DNA of 46,234 bases. Origin: Betaproteobacteria bacterium (lineage in GTDB: Bacteria > Pseudomonadota > Gammaproteobacteria > Burkholderiales > SG8-39). The DNA is taken from the NCBI GenBank assembly GCA_031389685.1, contig JANMSV010000112.1:1-46234 (forward strand), in the 5' to 3' direction. The position numbers and the translations under genes were made by a program. A model generated the notes under the pieces. It worked only from the letters and a program-made list of their open reading frames with translations, did not search any database and had not been told where the DNA came from. Shown here piece by piece: positions 8,940 through 17,387 of the stretch (the first letter of the stretch is position 1; every line of letters starts with the position of its first letter).

Positions 8940-9663
8940 CGAGGCTCCCGCAGATCACGATGTCGCCCTTGCGCAGGCCCCGCGCGCGCGCCGCAAGGTG
9001 GTTTGCGACCCAGGCAAGCGCCGCGAACGGATGGCCCATGCTGTCGGCGCCGCGCCCCTCCCCGGCCACCGCGCCGTTGATCGTGGCCACGCCGTGCAGC
9101 GCGGCAAGATCGACGCGGTGCCAGGCGGCCACGGGCTCACCGAGCACCGCGCCCTCGTTCCAGGCGTTGTCGGCGGCAAGCTCGAAACCGCGCGCGGGCA
9201 AGGAACCGTAGTCGGCGTCTCGGTCATCGGCAAGTTCGAAAGCCGGCATGAGCGCGCCCACTGCGGCGGCCACTTGCTGCGGCGCGTACGGAGCGCCTTC
9301 GGGCGGCAGGTCGGCATCCATGCGTGCCCCGATCTCGAACTCGACCAGGAGCCGGCCATAGTCCGCCGCCCGCACCGAAGCCGGGCCGCGCACGACCTGG
9401 CGCGCATGCAGGCGTCCGGCGATCGGTTCGTTCAGGCCGACCAGCGCGCGCATCTGCGGCGTCGTCAGGGCGATCTTGTGGCCCGCCACAGCGCCGCAAG
9501 CGCTCGCCTTGAGCGCGACGAACGCGTCCTGGATGGCATAGGCCTCCTCGATCCCGCGCGGCGCCATCGACGCCGGCATCGGGCGCGAGCGTGCCCTGCC
9601 CAGATGCTGGCGCACCAGCCACCGGGCTGCCCTGACGATACGAAAGTCACCGGCAGCGTGCAT
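8857..9663 (-). CDS. Fumarylacetoacetate-hydrolase family protein (2-keto-4-pentenoate hydratase-like)
   Basis: AYAIQ, GHKIALT, VEFEIG, ADNA, MGHPFAALAWVAN, GDIVICGS. Confidence 0.85.
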   Translation of the reverse strand: MHAAGDFRIVRAARWLVRQHLGRARSRPMPASMAPRGIEEAYAIQDAFVALKASACGAVAGHKIALTTPQMRALVGLNEPIAGRLHARQVVRGPASVRAADYGRLLVEFEIGARMDADLPPEGAPYAPQQVAAAVGALMPAFELADDRDADYGSLPARGFELAADNAWNEGAVLGEPVAAWHRVDLAALHGVATINGAVAGEGRGADSMGHPFAALAWVANHLAARARGLRKGDIVICGSLVTSKFPRQGDVLRFEAGALGAVELRVT

Positions 9664-9730
9664 GATGCGATTCTAGCGGTTGCCCTCTGCGGCGGCTTTG
9701 CCGACAATACAGCCTGGGGAAAGTCCACTC

Positions 9731-10105
9731 ATGCCTCTCACTCACCGTTCCTACGACAGCGCCCTGGTGCTCGCGCCCACCGGCCGGCTCGACCACGACA
9801 ATTGCGAGAGTTTCCGGGAGGAACTGGCGCCGCACCTGGCGCGCTCGGCCAAGGAAAGCACCGCCATCGTGCTCGACCTGTCCGGCCTGGAATACGTGTC
9901 GAGTGCCGGCCTGCGCTGCTTCATGCTCGCGGCGAAGCAGGCCAAGGCGCAGAACAGCCGCATCGTCATCGCGTCGATGCAACCGGTGGTGGCCGAGATC
10001 TTTCAGATCGCCCGCTTCAACCTGGTGTTCGAAGCCTACCCCAAGGTGCGCGACGCGCTCGCGGCGCTCTCCCCAAGCGCCGCCGCCGCGTTCGACCGGG
10101 GATAG
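9731..10105 (+). CDS. STAS-domain anti-anti-sigma factor (RsbV/SpoIIAA-like)
   Basis: GRLD, VLDLSGLEYVSSAGLR carrying the phospho-acceptor Ser motif, VAEIFQIARF. Confidence 0.9.
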   Translation: MPLTHRSYDSALVLAPTGRLDHDNCESFREELAPHLARSAKESTAIVLDLSGLEYVSSAGLRCFMLAAKQAKAQNSRIVIASMQPVVAEIFQIARFNLVFEAYPKVRDALAALSPSAAAAFDRG

Positions 10106-10110
10106 CGCGC

Positions 10111-11067
10111 GTGCGCGTCCGCTTCTGGGGCACGCGCGGCTCGATTCCGGTCGCCATAACTTCCGCTGACATCCGCGACAAGATTGCCCTCGCGCTGGTG
10201 CGTGCCGATGGCCGGCGTTTCGCGGACGTCGGCGAAGCGCATGCATTCGCGCTGGAGCATCTCGATTTCGCCCTGTCGCACACGTTTGGCGGGCATTCCG
10301 CCTGCGTCGAACTCGAGACCGGCAGGGACGAATACTTCGTGTGCGACCTGGGTAGCGGCGCGAGACCTCTGGGCGCTCATGTGCTCGCCCGGCAGTCGGG
10401 CCGGCCGGCGGTCGTGAACGTGTTCATGTCGCACGTGCACTGGGACCACATCATGGGGTTCCCGTTTTTCGGCCCCGCCTACGTCGCCGGCACCCGCATC
10501 CGCATTCACGGCTGCCATGACGTACTGGAGCAGGCGTTTCGCCTTCAGCAGGCACCGCCCTGCTTTCCGGTCGAGTTCTCGCAACTGGCCGCCGACATCG
10601 AATTCGTGAAACTGGCGCCGGGCCAGGCGTACGAGATCTCCGGAATCATGGTCACCCCCGCGCCGCAGATGCACTCCGGCGATTCGTACGGCTACCGTTT
10701 CGAGGCGCAGGGCAAATCCGTGGTCTACACCACGGATTCGGAGCACAAGCTGGAGAACCGCGCGCAGACCGAGCGCTTCGTGCGCTTTTTTCACGGCGCC
10801 GACCTGGTCGTGTTCGATGCCATGTACTCGCTGGCCGACGCCATCTCGGTGAAGGCGGACTGGGGCCATTCCAGCAACATCATCGGCGTCGAGCTGTGCC
10901 AGATGGCGCAGGTCAAGCACCTGGTCCTGTTCCATCACGAGCCCGCCTACGACGATGCGACGATCGAAGGCGTCCTGAACGAGACGCGGCGCTTCGAGGA
11001 ACTTACGCGCGGCACGCTTCCGCTGCAGGTCTCTGCGGCCTACGACGGGCTGGAGATCGAAGTCTGA
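10111..11067 (+). CDS. MBL-fold metallo-hydrolase (RNase Z/PhnP-like subgroup)
   Basis: RFWGTRGS N-terminus, HVHWDH metal motif, YTTDSE, WGHSS, LFHHEP; GTG at 10111. Confidence 0.9.
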   Translation: MRVRFWGTRGSIPVAITSADIRDKIALALVRADGRRFADVGEAHAFALEHLDFALSHTFGGHSACVELETGRDEYFVCDLGSGARPLGAHVLARQSGRPAVVNVFMSHVHWDHIMGFPFFGPAYVAGTRIRIHGCHDVLEQAFRLQQAPPCFPVEFSQLAADIEFVKLAPGQAYEISGIMVTPAPQMHSGDSYGYRFEAQGKSVVYTTDSEHKLENRAQTERFVRFFHGADLVVFDAMYSLADAISVKADWGHSSNIIGVELCQMAQVKHLVLFHHEPAYDDATIEGVLNETRRFEELTRGTLPLQVSAAYDGLEIEV

Positions 11068-13187
11068 AGTCCGCCTGGTCCAAGCGGGCGGGCCCGCTGG
11101 CACTGGTCATTGCCCTGCTGCTCCTGCTCGCCACCGAGCCGCCGTTCGTGCACGGACTGCGCCACGCGCTGTTCGACGGCTACCAAAGACTTTTTCCGCG
11201 CCCGCGCCTCGGCGCACCTGCCGTGATCGTGGCGATCGATGAACCCGCGCTGGCTCGTTACGGGCAGTGGCCCTGGCCGCGCACCCGCATCGCGCAATTG
11301 CTGGCCAAGATCGCCAACGCCGGGCCCGCGGCCATCGGCCTCGACTTGCTGCTCCCGGAGCCCGACCGCTTCTCGCCGGGTGAGGTGGCCAAGGAAGTAA
11401 AGGAATTGTCGGTCGACGTGGCGCGGCGCCTGCGTGCCCTGCCTTCCAACGACGCGGCGCTGGCCGCGGCCATCCAGGGGCGCAAGGTGGTCCTCGGCAT
11501 TGCCGGGCTCGAGAAGCCCGATCCGCGATTTATGCGCCCTCCGGCTGCGCCTCCCATTCTGATCGCCAACGCGGCCGATCTGGCGTTGCGCCGCTTCGCC
11601 GGTCATTTGCAAAGCCTGCCGATCATCGATCGCGCCGCGGCCGGCCGCGGTCTGCTCAGCGTGGACTCCGAGAGCGGCGTGATCCGACGCGCGCTCGTCG
11701 CCGGACGCATTGGCGACGTTATCGTGCCGGCGCTGAGCGTCGAGATGTGGCGCGTGGCCAACGACGCGCCGCTCGCCCTGGTCGGCCGCGAGCGTGACCA
11801 GATCGAATTGCAACTGGGCGACATCGCAATACCGGCGCACGCGGACGGTAGATTCTGGATCCGGTTCGGGCCGCATGATCCGGCGCGTTTCGTCTCCGCA
11901 GCCCGGGTGCTGGATGGGAGCATCGCGTCGGAGCAATTCGAACGCAAGCTGGTGCTGATCGGGGTCACCGGGCTCGGGCTGCTTGACTATCAGAACACCG
12001 CGCTCGGCGAACGGATGCCGGGGGTCGAAATCCACGCGCAGATCCTGGAGCAGATCTTCGATCACGCCTATTTGCGCCGGCCTGCCATCCTGCGCTCGTT
12101 GGAACTCGGGTTGCTCGCAGCGGCGGCGCTGATGCTCGCGTTCGCCGTACCTGCCCTGGGAGTGGGATCCTCGATCGCCCTCTACGCCGCCGTTATCGCC
12201 GCGCTTGCCGCGCTCGGCCTTGCGGGTTTCCTGCAGGAAGGATTGCTGCTGGACGTCGCATGGCCCGGCATCGGCGCAACCGCGGTATTCGGCATTGTGC
12301 TTGCCAAAGCATTGAGCGAATCCGACGAGCAGCGCCGCCGATTGCGTGAGCAGGCGGCGCGCGTCAGCGGTGAACTGGAGTCTGCGCGACGCATCCAGAT
12401 GGGATTGCTTCCCGCTCCCCGCATGATGTTCGCGCACGAGCGGCGCTTCGAAATCGATACGTTTCTTGAGCCTGCGCGCACGGTCGGAGGGGATTTCTAC
12501 GACTGCTTCATGCTCGACTCGCACCGTTTGTTCTTCATCGTCGCCGACGTATCCGGCAAGGGCCTGCCGGCGAGCCTGTTCATGGCGCTTTCAAAGACCC
12601 TGCTGAAGAGCGCGGCGCGTCGCGTAGACAACGTCGGCGGCCTCATGGTGCGCGCCAATGCCGAGGTCTCGAGCGAGAATCCGGAATCCCTGTTCATCAC
12701 CGCGTTCGCCGGGATTCTGGACGCCCGCACCGGCATGCTCGAGTTCTGCAATGCGGGCCACGAACCGCCGTTCGCGCGGCGCCCGGGCGGCGCCCTGGAA
12801 CGGCTCGAGCATTCCGGCGGGCCGCCGCTGTGCGTGATTGAGAATTTTGCATATCCGGTGGAGTACCGCGGCGTTGCCGCGGGCGAATGGATCTGCGTGG
12901 TGACCGACGGCGTGACCGAGGCGATGAACGAATCCGGCGAGCTCTACGGTGCCGCGCGCCTGCAAAGAGTGCTCGCCGGCCTGCCCGAGTCGGTGGCGCC
13001 GCCCGAACTGCTCGCGGCAGTGCGTGCCGACGTGGGGCGTTTCGTCGGCACGGCGGAGCCCTCCGATGACTTGACGCTGCTTTGCCTGCGCTGGATCGGC
13101 GCGGCGCCGGCTGACGACCCGCTAGCGCACGCTGATCTCGACGCGCCGGTTGCGGGGCTCGGGGACGCCGTCCGCGGTCGGCACTAA
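11064..13187 (+). CDS. CHASE2 sensor + three TM helices + PP2C/SpoIIE (RsbU-like) Ser/Thr phosphatase
   Basis: CHASE2 motifs IVAIDE..L..YGQWPWPR, PEPDR, PGVEIHAQ; PP2C motifs VGGDFYD, ADVSGKG, NAGH, TDGVTEA, DDLTLL; CTG start at 11064 inferred. Confidence 0.88.
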   Translation: MKSAWSKRAGPLALVIALLLLLATEPPFVHGLRHALFDGYQRLFPRPRLGAPAVIVAIDEPALARYGQWPWPRTRIAQLLAKIANAGPAAIGLDLLLPEPDRFSPGEVAKEVKELSVDVARRLRALPSNDAALAAAIQGRKVVLGIAGLEKPDPRFMRPPAAPPILIANAADLALRRFAGHLQSLPIIDRAAAGRGLLSVDSESGVIRRALVAGRIGDVIVPALSVEMWRVANDAPLALVGRERDQIELQLGDIAIPAHADGRFWIRFGPHDPARFVSAARVLDGSIASEQFERKLVLIGVTGLGLLDYQNTALGERMPGVEIHAQILEQIFDHAYLRRPAILRSLELGLLAAAALMLAFAVPALGVGSSIALYAAVIAALAALGLAGFLQEGLLLDVAWPGIGATAVFGIVLAKALSESDEQRRRLREQAARVSGELESARRIQMGLLPAPRMMFAHERRFEIDTFLEPARTVGGDFYDCFMLDSHRLFFIVADVSGKGLPASLFMALSKTLLKSAARRVDNVGGLMVRANAEVSSENPESLFITAFAGILDARTGMLEFCNAGHEPPFARRPGGALERLEHSGGPPLCVIENFAYPVEYRGVAAGEWICVVTDGVTEAMNESGELYGAARLQRVLAGLPESVAPPELLAAVRADVGRFVGTAEPSDDLTLLCLRWIGAAPADDPLAHADLDAPVAGLGDAVRGRH

Positions 13188-13718
13188 CGGTTCGCGTTCA
13201 CCGCGGCCCGCGGTCTGGATATGGGCCGGCGGTATGCCTAGCCGCACCAGCTCCTCCCGCACACGGTTCGCGCGCTGCAGGGAAAGCCGGTCGTTGTACT
13301 CGTCGCTGGCCAGTCGGTCGGTGTGCCCGATGGCCAGGACATCCGGCGAATTGCTCTCGCGCAACTCTGCCAGGACCCTGGCCAACTCGACCTTCGATTC
13401 CGGCGTGAACTCGTCACTGTCTTCGAGGAAGTACAGCAGGAACGACTTCGGACGACCGGGTAGCGCAGTGAGGACCGCACGGAATTCCTGCCGCACGGCG
13501 CCTTCGTCGAAGCTTTGCGCGCGCGGCGCGCTACCACCCACGATTCGGCTCGCCGCATACGCTTGGTTGAGAATTGCTTGCTCGCCCCGGCGTTCGACCA
13601 CCACCATCCCTACGTGGCCATCCGCCGATGGCAATACCACCACCAGTTCGTCGCCGATCTGTTGCGGACCAAAAAAGACCATGAGCGCCCCGGCGAGCGC
13701 GACGATCACGGCCCCCAT
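13122..13718 (-). CDS. OmpA-like (peptidoglycan-binding) domain protein
   Basis: GHTD, N..LS..RA..V, GRGEREP, NRRVEI; hydrophobic N-terminus. Confidence 0.9.
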   Translation of the reverse strand: MGAVIVALAGALMVFFGPQQIGDELVVVLPSADGHVGMVVVERRGEQAILNQAYAASRIVGGSAPRAQSFDEGAVRQEFRAVLTALPGRPKSFLLYFLEDSDEFTPESKVELARVLAELRESNSPDVLAIGHTDRLASDEYNDRLSLQRANRVREELVRLGIPPAHIQTAGRGEREPLVPTADGVPEPRNRRVEISVR

Positions 13719-13719
13719 T

Positions 13720-14169
13720 TCACTTTACTGGTTCGTCCACCTGCACAACGAACTCGGTGCCGCGCACGCCCATGATCGCCGCCGGCGTACGCACGCGCAT
13801 GGCGTCCGGGGACTGCTTGACCATCTTGCCGGAAACCACCGCCAGCGTGCCCTTCTTCAGCGACGCGTCGAAATGGCCGGCGTGCGTGGTGCTGTTGAAG
13901 CTGTAACGATCTACCACCAGCACGCTGTTCGGTCCCGTGGACAGCCGGCTGTTGTCGCTGAATGTCACCCCGGCCGAACCATCGGCCCCGGTAACCAGGA
14001 CGTCGGACTGGCGGATGCCCATGCCCACTGTGGCCGGCAGGTGCTTGCCTTCGCGCTCGACATGAACGCTACCCTTGGCAACCTTGACCTGGCCGACCTC
14101 GTCGGCGCGGGCTAGGCCCGTGGACGCTAACACAAGGACCGCAACCGCAACTGCTACCCTATGGCGCAT
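13720..14169 (-). CDS. Secreted stand-alone FecR-domain protein
   Basis: Signal peptide ending ARA; TGADGSAGVTFSDNS, LKKG, VRTPAAIMGVRGTEF; AGGAGG RBS at 14174-14179. Confidence 0.85.
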   Translation of the reverse strand: MRHRVAVAVAVLVLASTGLARADEVGQVKVAKGSVHVEREGKHLPATVGMGIRQSDVLVTGADGSAGVTFSDNSRLSTGPNSVLVVDRYSFNSTTHAGHFDASLKKGTLAVVSGKMVKQSPDAMRVRTPAAIMGVRGTEFVVQVDEPVK

Positions 14170-14193
14170 ACGTCCTCCTGCAGAATGAAACGG

Positions 14194-14203
14194 ATTCTAT
14201 AAT
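14194..14203. promoter_or_regulatory. Overlapping divergent -10 elements (TAGAAT minus, TATAAT plus) between fecR-like and rsbW-like genes
   Basis: ATTCTATAAT in the 58-bp divergent gap. Confidence 0.45.
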
Positions 14204-14227
14204 GCCCGCGACGAATCAGGTAATCGC

Positions 14228-14647
14228 GTGAAAAACCCCCGAGTCGCACAGTTTCTTGCACGGCTGGACCAATTGCGGCCCATGCAGGCATTCCTCGAGG
14301 CCTTCTGCGCCGACTCGGGCATGCCTCGGGCGGCATGCCTGCGCCTGAACCTGGTGCTGGAGGAATTGTTCACCAATACGGTAAAACACGGCCACCGCGG
14401 CGACTGCGATGCACCAGTTTGGGTAGCGCTGTCGCGTACCGACGACAGCGTGCTGGTGGTCTATGAGGACAAGGCGCCCCCGTTCAATCCCTACGCACAT
14501 CTGCGCGACGATTCTCCCGATGTCACGCTTGAATTGCGCAAGGTCGGCGGGCTTGGCGTGCTGCTGACGAAGGAATTGGCGGCATCCCGCGATTATGCCT
14601 ACCTGTTCGGACGCAATCGGATCCGCCTGACACTCGTTCCGGCCTAG
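14228..14647 (+). CDS. RsbW/SpoIIAB-like anti-sigma factor Ser/Thr kinase (HATPase_c_2)
   Basis: LVLEELFTNTVKHG, YEDKAPPFNP, GGLGV, GRNRIRL; GTG start. Confidence 0.88.
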   Translation: MKNPRVAQFLARLDQLRPMQAFLEAFCADSGMPRAACLRLNLVLEELFTNTVKHGHRGDCDAPVWVALSRTDDSVLVVYEDKAPPFNPYAHLRDDSPDVTLELRKVGGLGVLLTKELAASRDYAYLFGRNRIRLTLVPA

Positions 14648-14650
14648 GCC

Positions 14651-14737
14651 TGGTACCCGGGGCCGGAGTCGAACCGGCATGGCCTTTCGGCCGAGGGATT
14701 TTAAGTCCCTTGCGTCTACCAGTTTCGCCACCCGGGC
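14651..14737 (-). tRNA. tRNA-Leu(TAA)
   Basis: 87 nt GCCCGGGTGGCGAAACTGGTAGACGC...CTTAAAA...long variable arm...GGTTCGACTCC...ACCA. Confidence 0.97.
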
Positions 14738-14757
14738 AGCAACGCGTCAAGGAAATT

Positions 14758-14831
14758 TGGAGGCGGGAGTCGGAATCGAACCGGCGTCCACGGCTTTGCA
14801 GGCCGCTGCATGACCACTCTGCCATCCCGCC
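14758..14831 (-). tRNA. tRNA-Cys(GCA)
   Basis: 74 nt GGCGGGATGGCAGAGTGG...CTGCAAA...GGTTCGATTCC...TCCA. Confidence 0.97.
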
Positions 14832-14844
14832 CGGGGATGCAACG

Positions 14845-14871
14845 AAAAAGGGAAGGCCCCCGGCCTTCCCT
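14845..14871 (-). terminator. Intrinsic terminator-like hairpin between tRNA-Gly and tRNA-Cys
   Basis: AGGGAAGGCC-GGG-GGCCTTCCCT followed by TTTT on the minus strand. Confidence 0.55.
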
Positions 14872-14880
14872 AGCCTAAAC

Positions 14881-14956
14881 TGGAGCGGGAGACGAGTCTC
14901 GAACTCGCGACCTCAACCTTGGCAAGGTTGCGCTCTACCAACTGAGCTACTCCCGC
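14881..14956 (-). tRNA. tRNA-Gly(GCC)
   Basis: 76 nt GCGGGAGTAGCTCAGTTGGTAGAGC...TTGCCAA...GTTCGAGAC...TCCA. Confidence 0.98.
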
Positions 14957-14971
14957 GTCTTGGAGCCGGAA

Positions 14972-14977
14972 ATTATA
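14972..14977 (-). promoter_or_regulatory. -10 element (TATAAT) of the tRNA cluster promoter
   Basis: TATAAT 15 nt upstream of tRNA-Gly. Confidence 0.6.
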
Positions 14978-14979
14978 GC

Positions 14980-15546
14980 TTATCCCGCTGCATGAGGCAG
15001 CGCGCGGCGCAGGTAGACCAGCATCGAGATCACCGTCAGCACCGCCGCGATATTGATCAGGATGGTGCCGAGCCACTGCGCGTTGAACGCACCCCAAAAA
15101 TCGTCGTGATAGAGCAGCAGCGGGATGGCCACCATCTGACTCACGGTCTTGATCTTACCCACGAAAGCCACGGCGACATTCTTTGACTTGCCGATGCTCG
15201 CCATCCATTCTCGAAGCGCCGAGATGGCGATCTCGCGCCCGATGATGATCAGGGCGATGACCGCCTCGACGCGATCCAACTGCAGCAGCACGATCAGCGC
15301 GCCCGCGACGATCAGCTTGTCCGCCACCGGATCGAGGAACGCCCCAAACGCAGACATTTGATCGAGCTTGCGCGCCAGGTAACCGTCGAGCCAGTCGCTG
15401 AGCGCCGCGACCACGAACACCGCGCAGGCGGAGCCATTCCTGCCGGAAGGCGACAACCACTCATCCGGCAGGTAAAAGATGCCGACGATCAGCGGGATCA
15501 GGATGATGCGCAACCACGTGATCAGATTGGGCAGATTGAGCGGCAT
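14980..15546 (-). CDS. pgsA: CDP-diacylglycerol--glycerol-3-phosphate 3-phosphatidyltransferase
   Basis: NLPNLITWLRI, DWLDGYLAR...GAFLDPVADK; uvrC-pgsA-tRNA synteny. Confidence 0.96.
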   Translation of the reverse strand: MPLNLPNLITWLRIILIPLIVGIFYLPDEWLSPSGRNGSACAVFVVAALSDWLDGYLARKLDQMSAFGAFLDPVADKLIVAGALIVLLQLDRVEAVIALIIIGREIAISALREWMASIGKSKNVAVAFVGKIKTVSQMVAIPLLLYHDDFWGAFNAQWLGTILINIAAVLTVISMLVYLRRALPHAAG

Positions 15547-17312
15547 CAGTGCAAAGCCCTGTAGATGCGCTCGGCCAGGGGCCGGCTGATGCCGGCCACC
15601 TGTGCGATTTCGTCCACCGCCGCCGCCTGGACTTCGCGCAGCCCGCCGAAGTGCGCGAGCAGGCGCTGGCGGCGTTGAGCGCCGATGCCGGGAATTTCGC
15701 CAAGCGACGACCGGGTACGCGACTTCCCGCGCCGGGCGCGGTGACCCACCACAGCAAAACGGTGCGCCTCGTCGCGAATCTGCTGCACCAGATGCAGGCC
15801 CGGATGATTCGGGGGCAGACTGAGGCTGTTGCCTGCGCCGTCGAGAATCAACTCCTCGAGTCCCGGCTTGCGTTCCGCCCCCTTGGCCACGCCGACCACG
15901 CCCACGTCGTGCAGGCCAAGTTCGGCCAGCGCCGCGCGCGCCGCGTTCGCCTGTCCCCGGCCCCCGTCGATCAGGATCAGGTCTGGAACCTTTCCACCCT
16001 CCGCCGTTACCCGCTTGTAGCGCCGGGCCAGCGCCTGGCGCATCGCTGCATAGTCGTCTCCCGGCGTGACATCGCGCAGATTGAAGCGGCGATACTCGCC
16101 ATTTTGCATCGCATGCCGATCGTAGACCACGCATGAAGCCACCGCCGCCTCGCCCATGGTGTGGCTGATATCGAAGCACTCGATGCGCTGCGTGGAATCC
16201 GGCAGCGCGAGGGCTTCGCGCAGCGCGGCGAGACGGCCTTCCTGCGCGCCTTTCTCGCGCGCACGCTGTTCGAGCGCAAGCTGGCCGTTCTTCAGCGCCA
16301 TTTGCAGCCAGATGCGGCGCTCGCCTTGCGCGGGCACCACCGCCTCAAACTCCACCTCATGGCTGGCCAGTATCAGCCGCGGCATGGGCTGCTCCGCGTA
16401 ATGCTGCTCGAGGAAGGCCTGCAGCACCTCCGCCGGGCCGGCGGCGTCCGCGTTCGCAGGAAAGAAACTGCGGTCCCCGACATGACGCCCGCCGCGGATC
16501 ATGACCAGATTCACGCACGCCATGCCCTCGCCGGCCACGCAGGCGACCACGTCGGCCTCCACGCCAACATTCGACTCCACGTACTGCCGTGCCTGCACGC
16601 GGGATAAAGCGCGTATCTGATCGCGCAACACGGCCGCAATCTCGTAATGCCTGCCGGCTGCCGCGGCCTGCATCTTCGCAGTCAGGCGCTGCATTACGTC
16701 GTCCTCGCGTCCGCGCAGGAACAACTCGGCGTGCTCGACGTCCTGCGCGTACGAAGCCTCCCCGATCAGTCCCGTGCAAGGGGCGGTGCAGCGTCGAATC
16801 TGGTGCAGCAGGCACGGGCGAGACCGGTTCTCGAACACCGTGTCCTCGCAGGTGCGCAAACGGAAAATGCGCTGTAACAGATGGATGCTGTCGCGCACCG
16901 CGGAGGCATGCGGAAACGGACCGAAGTAGCGATGGCGCGCCTCGCGTGCGCCACGGTGGAATCCGAGGCGCGGGAACCGATGCCCGGTCAACATGAGGTA
17001 GGGGTAGGATTTGTCGTCCCTGAACAGGATGTTGTAGCGCGGCGTCAGGCTCTTGATCAGATTGTTCTCGAGCAGCAGCGCCTCGGCTTCGGAGCGCGTC
17101 GCAGTGACTTCGACCCGCGCGACCTGGGTCAGCATCATGCGGATGCGCGGGCTGGACACGCTTTTTTGAAAATAGGACCCCACGCGCTTCTTGAGATCGC
17201 GCGCTTTGCCGACGTACAGCATTTCGCCGGCAGGCCCGAGCATGCGGTAGACGCCGGGCAGGCTCGGCAGCCCGGCGACAAAGCCTTTCGCGTCGAAGCC
17301 GGAGGCGTCCAT
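15546..17312 (-). CDS. uvrC: Excinuclease ABC subunit C
   Basis: GIY-YIG (PGVYRM...YVGKA), DDKSYPY, IECFDISH, LIDGG, RDEAHRFA, C-terminal HhH. Confidence 0.97.
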   Translation of the reverse strand: MDASGFDAKGFVAGLPSLPGVYRMLGPAGEMLYVGKARDLKKRVGSYFQKSVSSPRIRMMLTQVARVEVTATRSEAEALLLENNLIKSLTPRYNILFRDDKSYPYLMLTGHRFPRLGFHRGAREARHRYFGPFPHASAVRDSIHLLQRIFRLRTCEDTVFENRSRPCLLHQIRRCTAPCTGLIGEASYAQDVEHAELFLRGREDDVMQRLTAKMQAAAAGRHYEIAAVLRDQIRALSRVQARQYVESNVGVEADVVACVAGEGMACVNLVMIRGGRHVGDRSFFPANADAAGPAEVLQAFLEQHYAEQPMPRLILASHEVEFEAVVPAQGERRIWLQMALKNGQLALEQRAREKGAQEGRLAALREALALPDSTQRIECFDISHTMGEAAVASCVVYDRHAMQNGEYRRFNLRDVTPGDDYAAMRQALARRYKRVTAEGGKVPDLILIDGGRGQANAARAALAELGLHDVGVVGVAKGAERKPGLEELILDGAGNSLSLPPNHPGLHLVQQIRDEAHRFAVVGHRARRGKSRTRSSLGEIPGIGAQRRQRLLAHFGGLREVQAAAVDEIAQVAGISRPLAERIYRALH

Positions 17313-17387
17313 CGGAACGGGAATTTTAGCGCCGGGCGGTGGAAACGGTGTAAACTTTGCGCCTTTTTTCAGCCCCTTAGATCGCAC

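Noticed and set aside
9680-14737. Signalling module as a tRNA-Leu-integrated genomic island
   Set aside because: No integrase and no duplicate of the tRNA-Leu 3' end found by eye in the window; composition looks like the core genes.
14769-14786. C-A mismatch in the tRNA-Cys T-stem
   Set aside because: The rest of the cloverleaf, anticodon and CCA are intact, and I recall similar stems in related tRNA-Cys genes; not evidence of a pseudo-tRNA.
14216-15186. ORFs overlapping the tRNA cluster
   Set aside because: They are translations of tRNA sequence or antisense to the kinase and pgsA genes.
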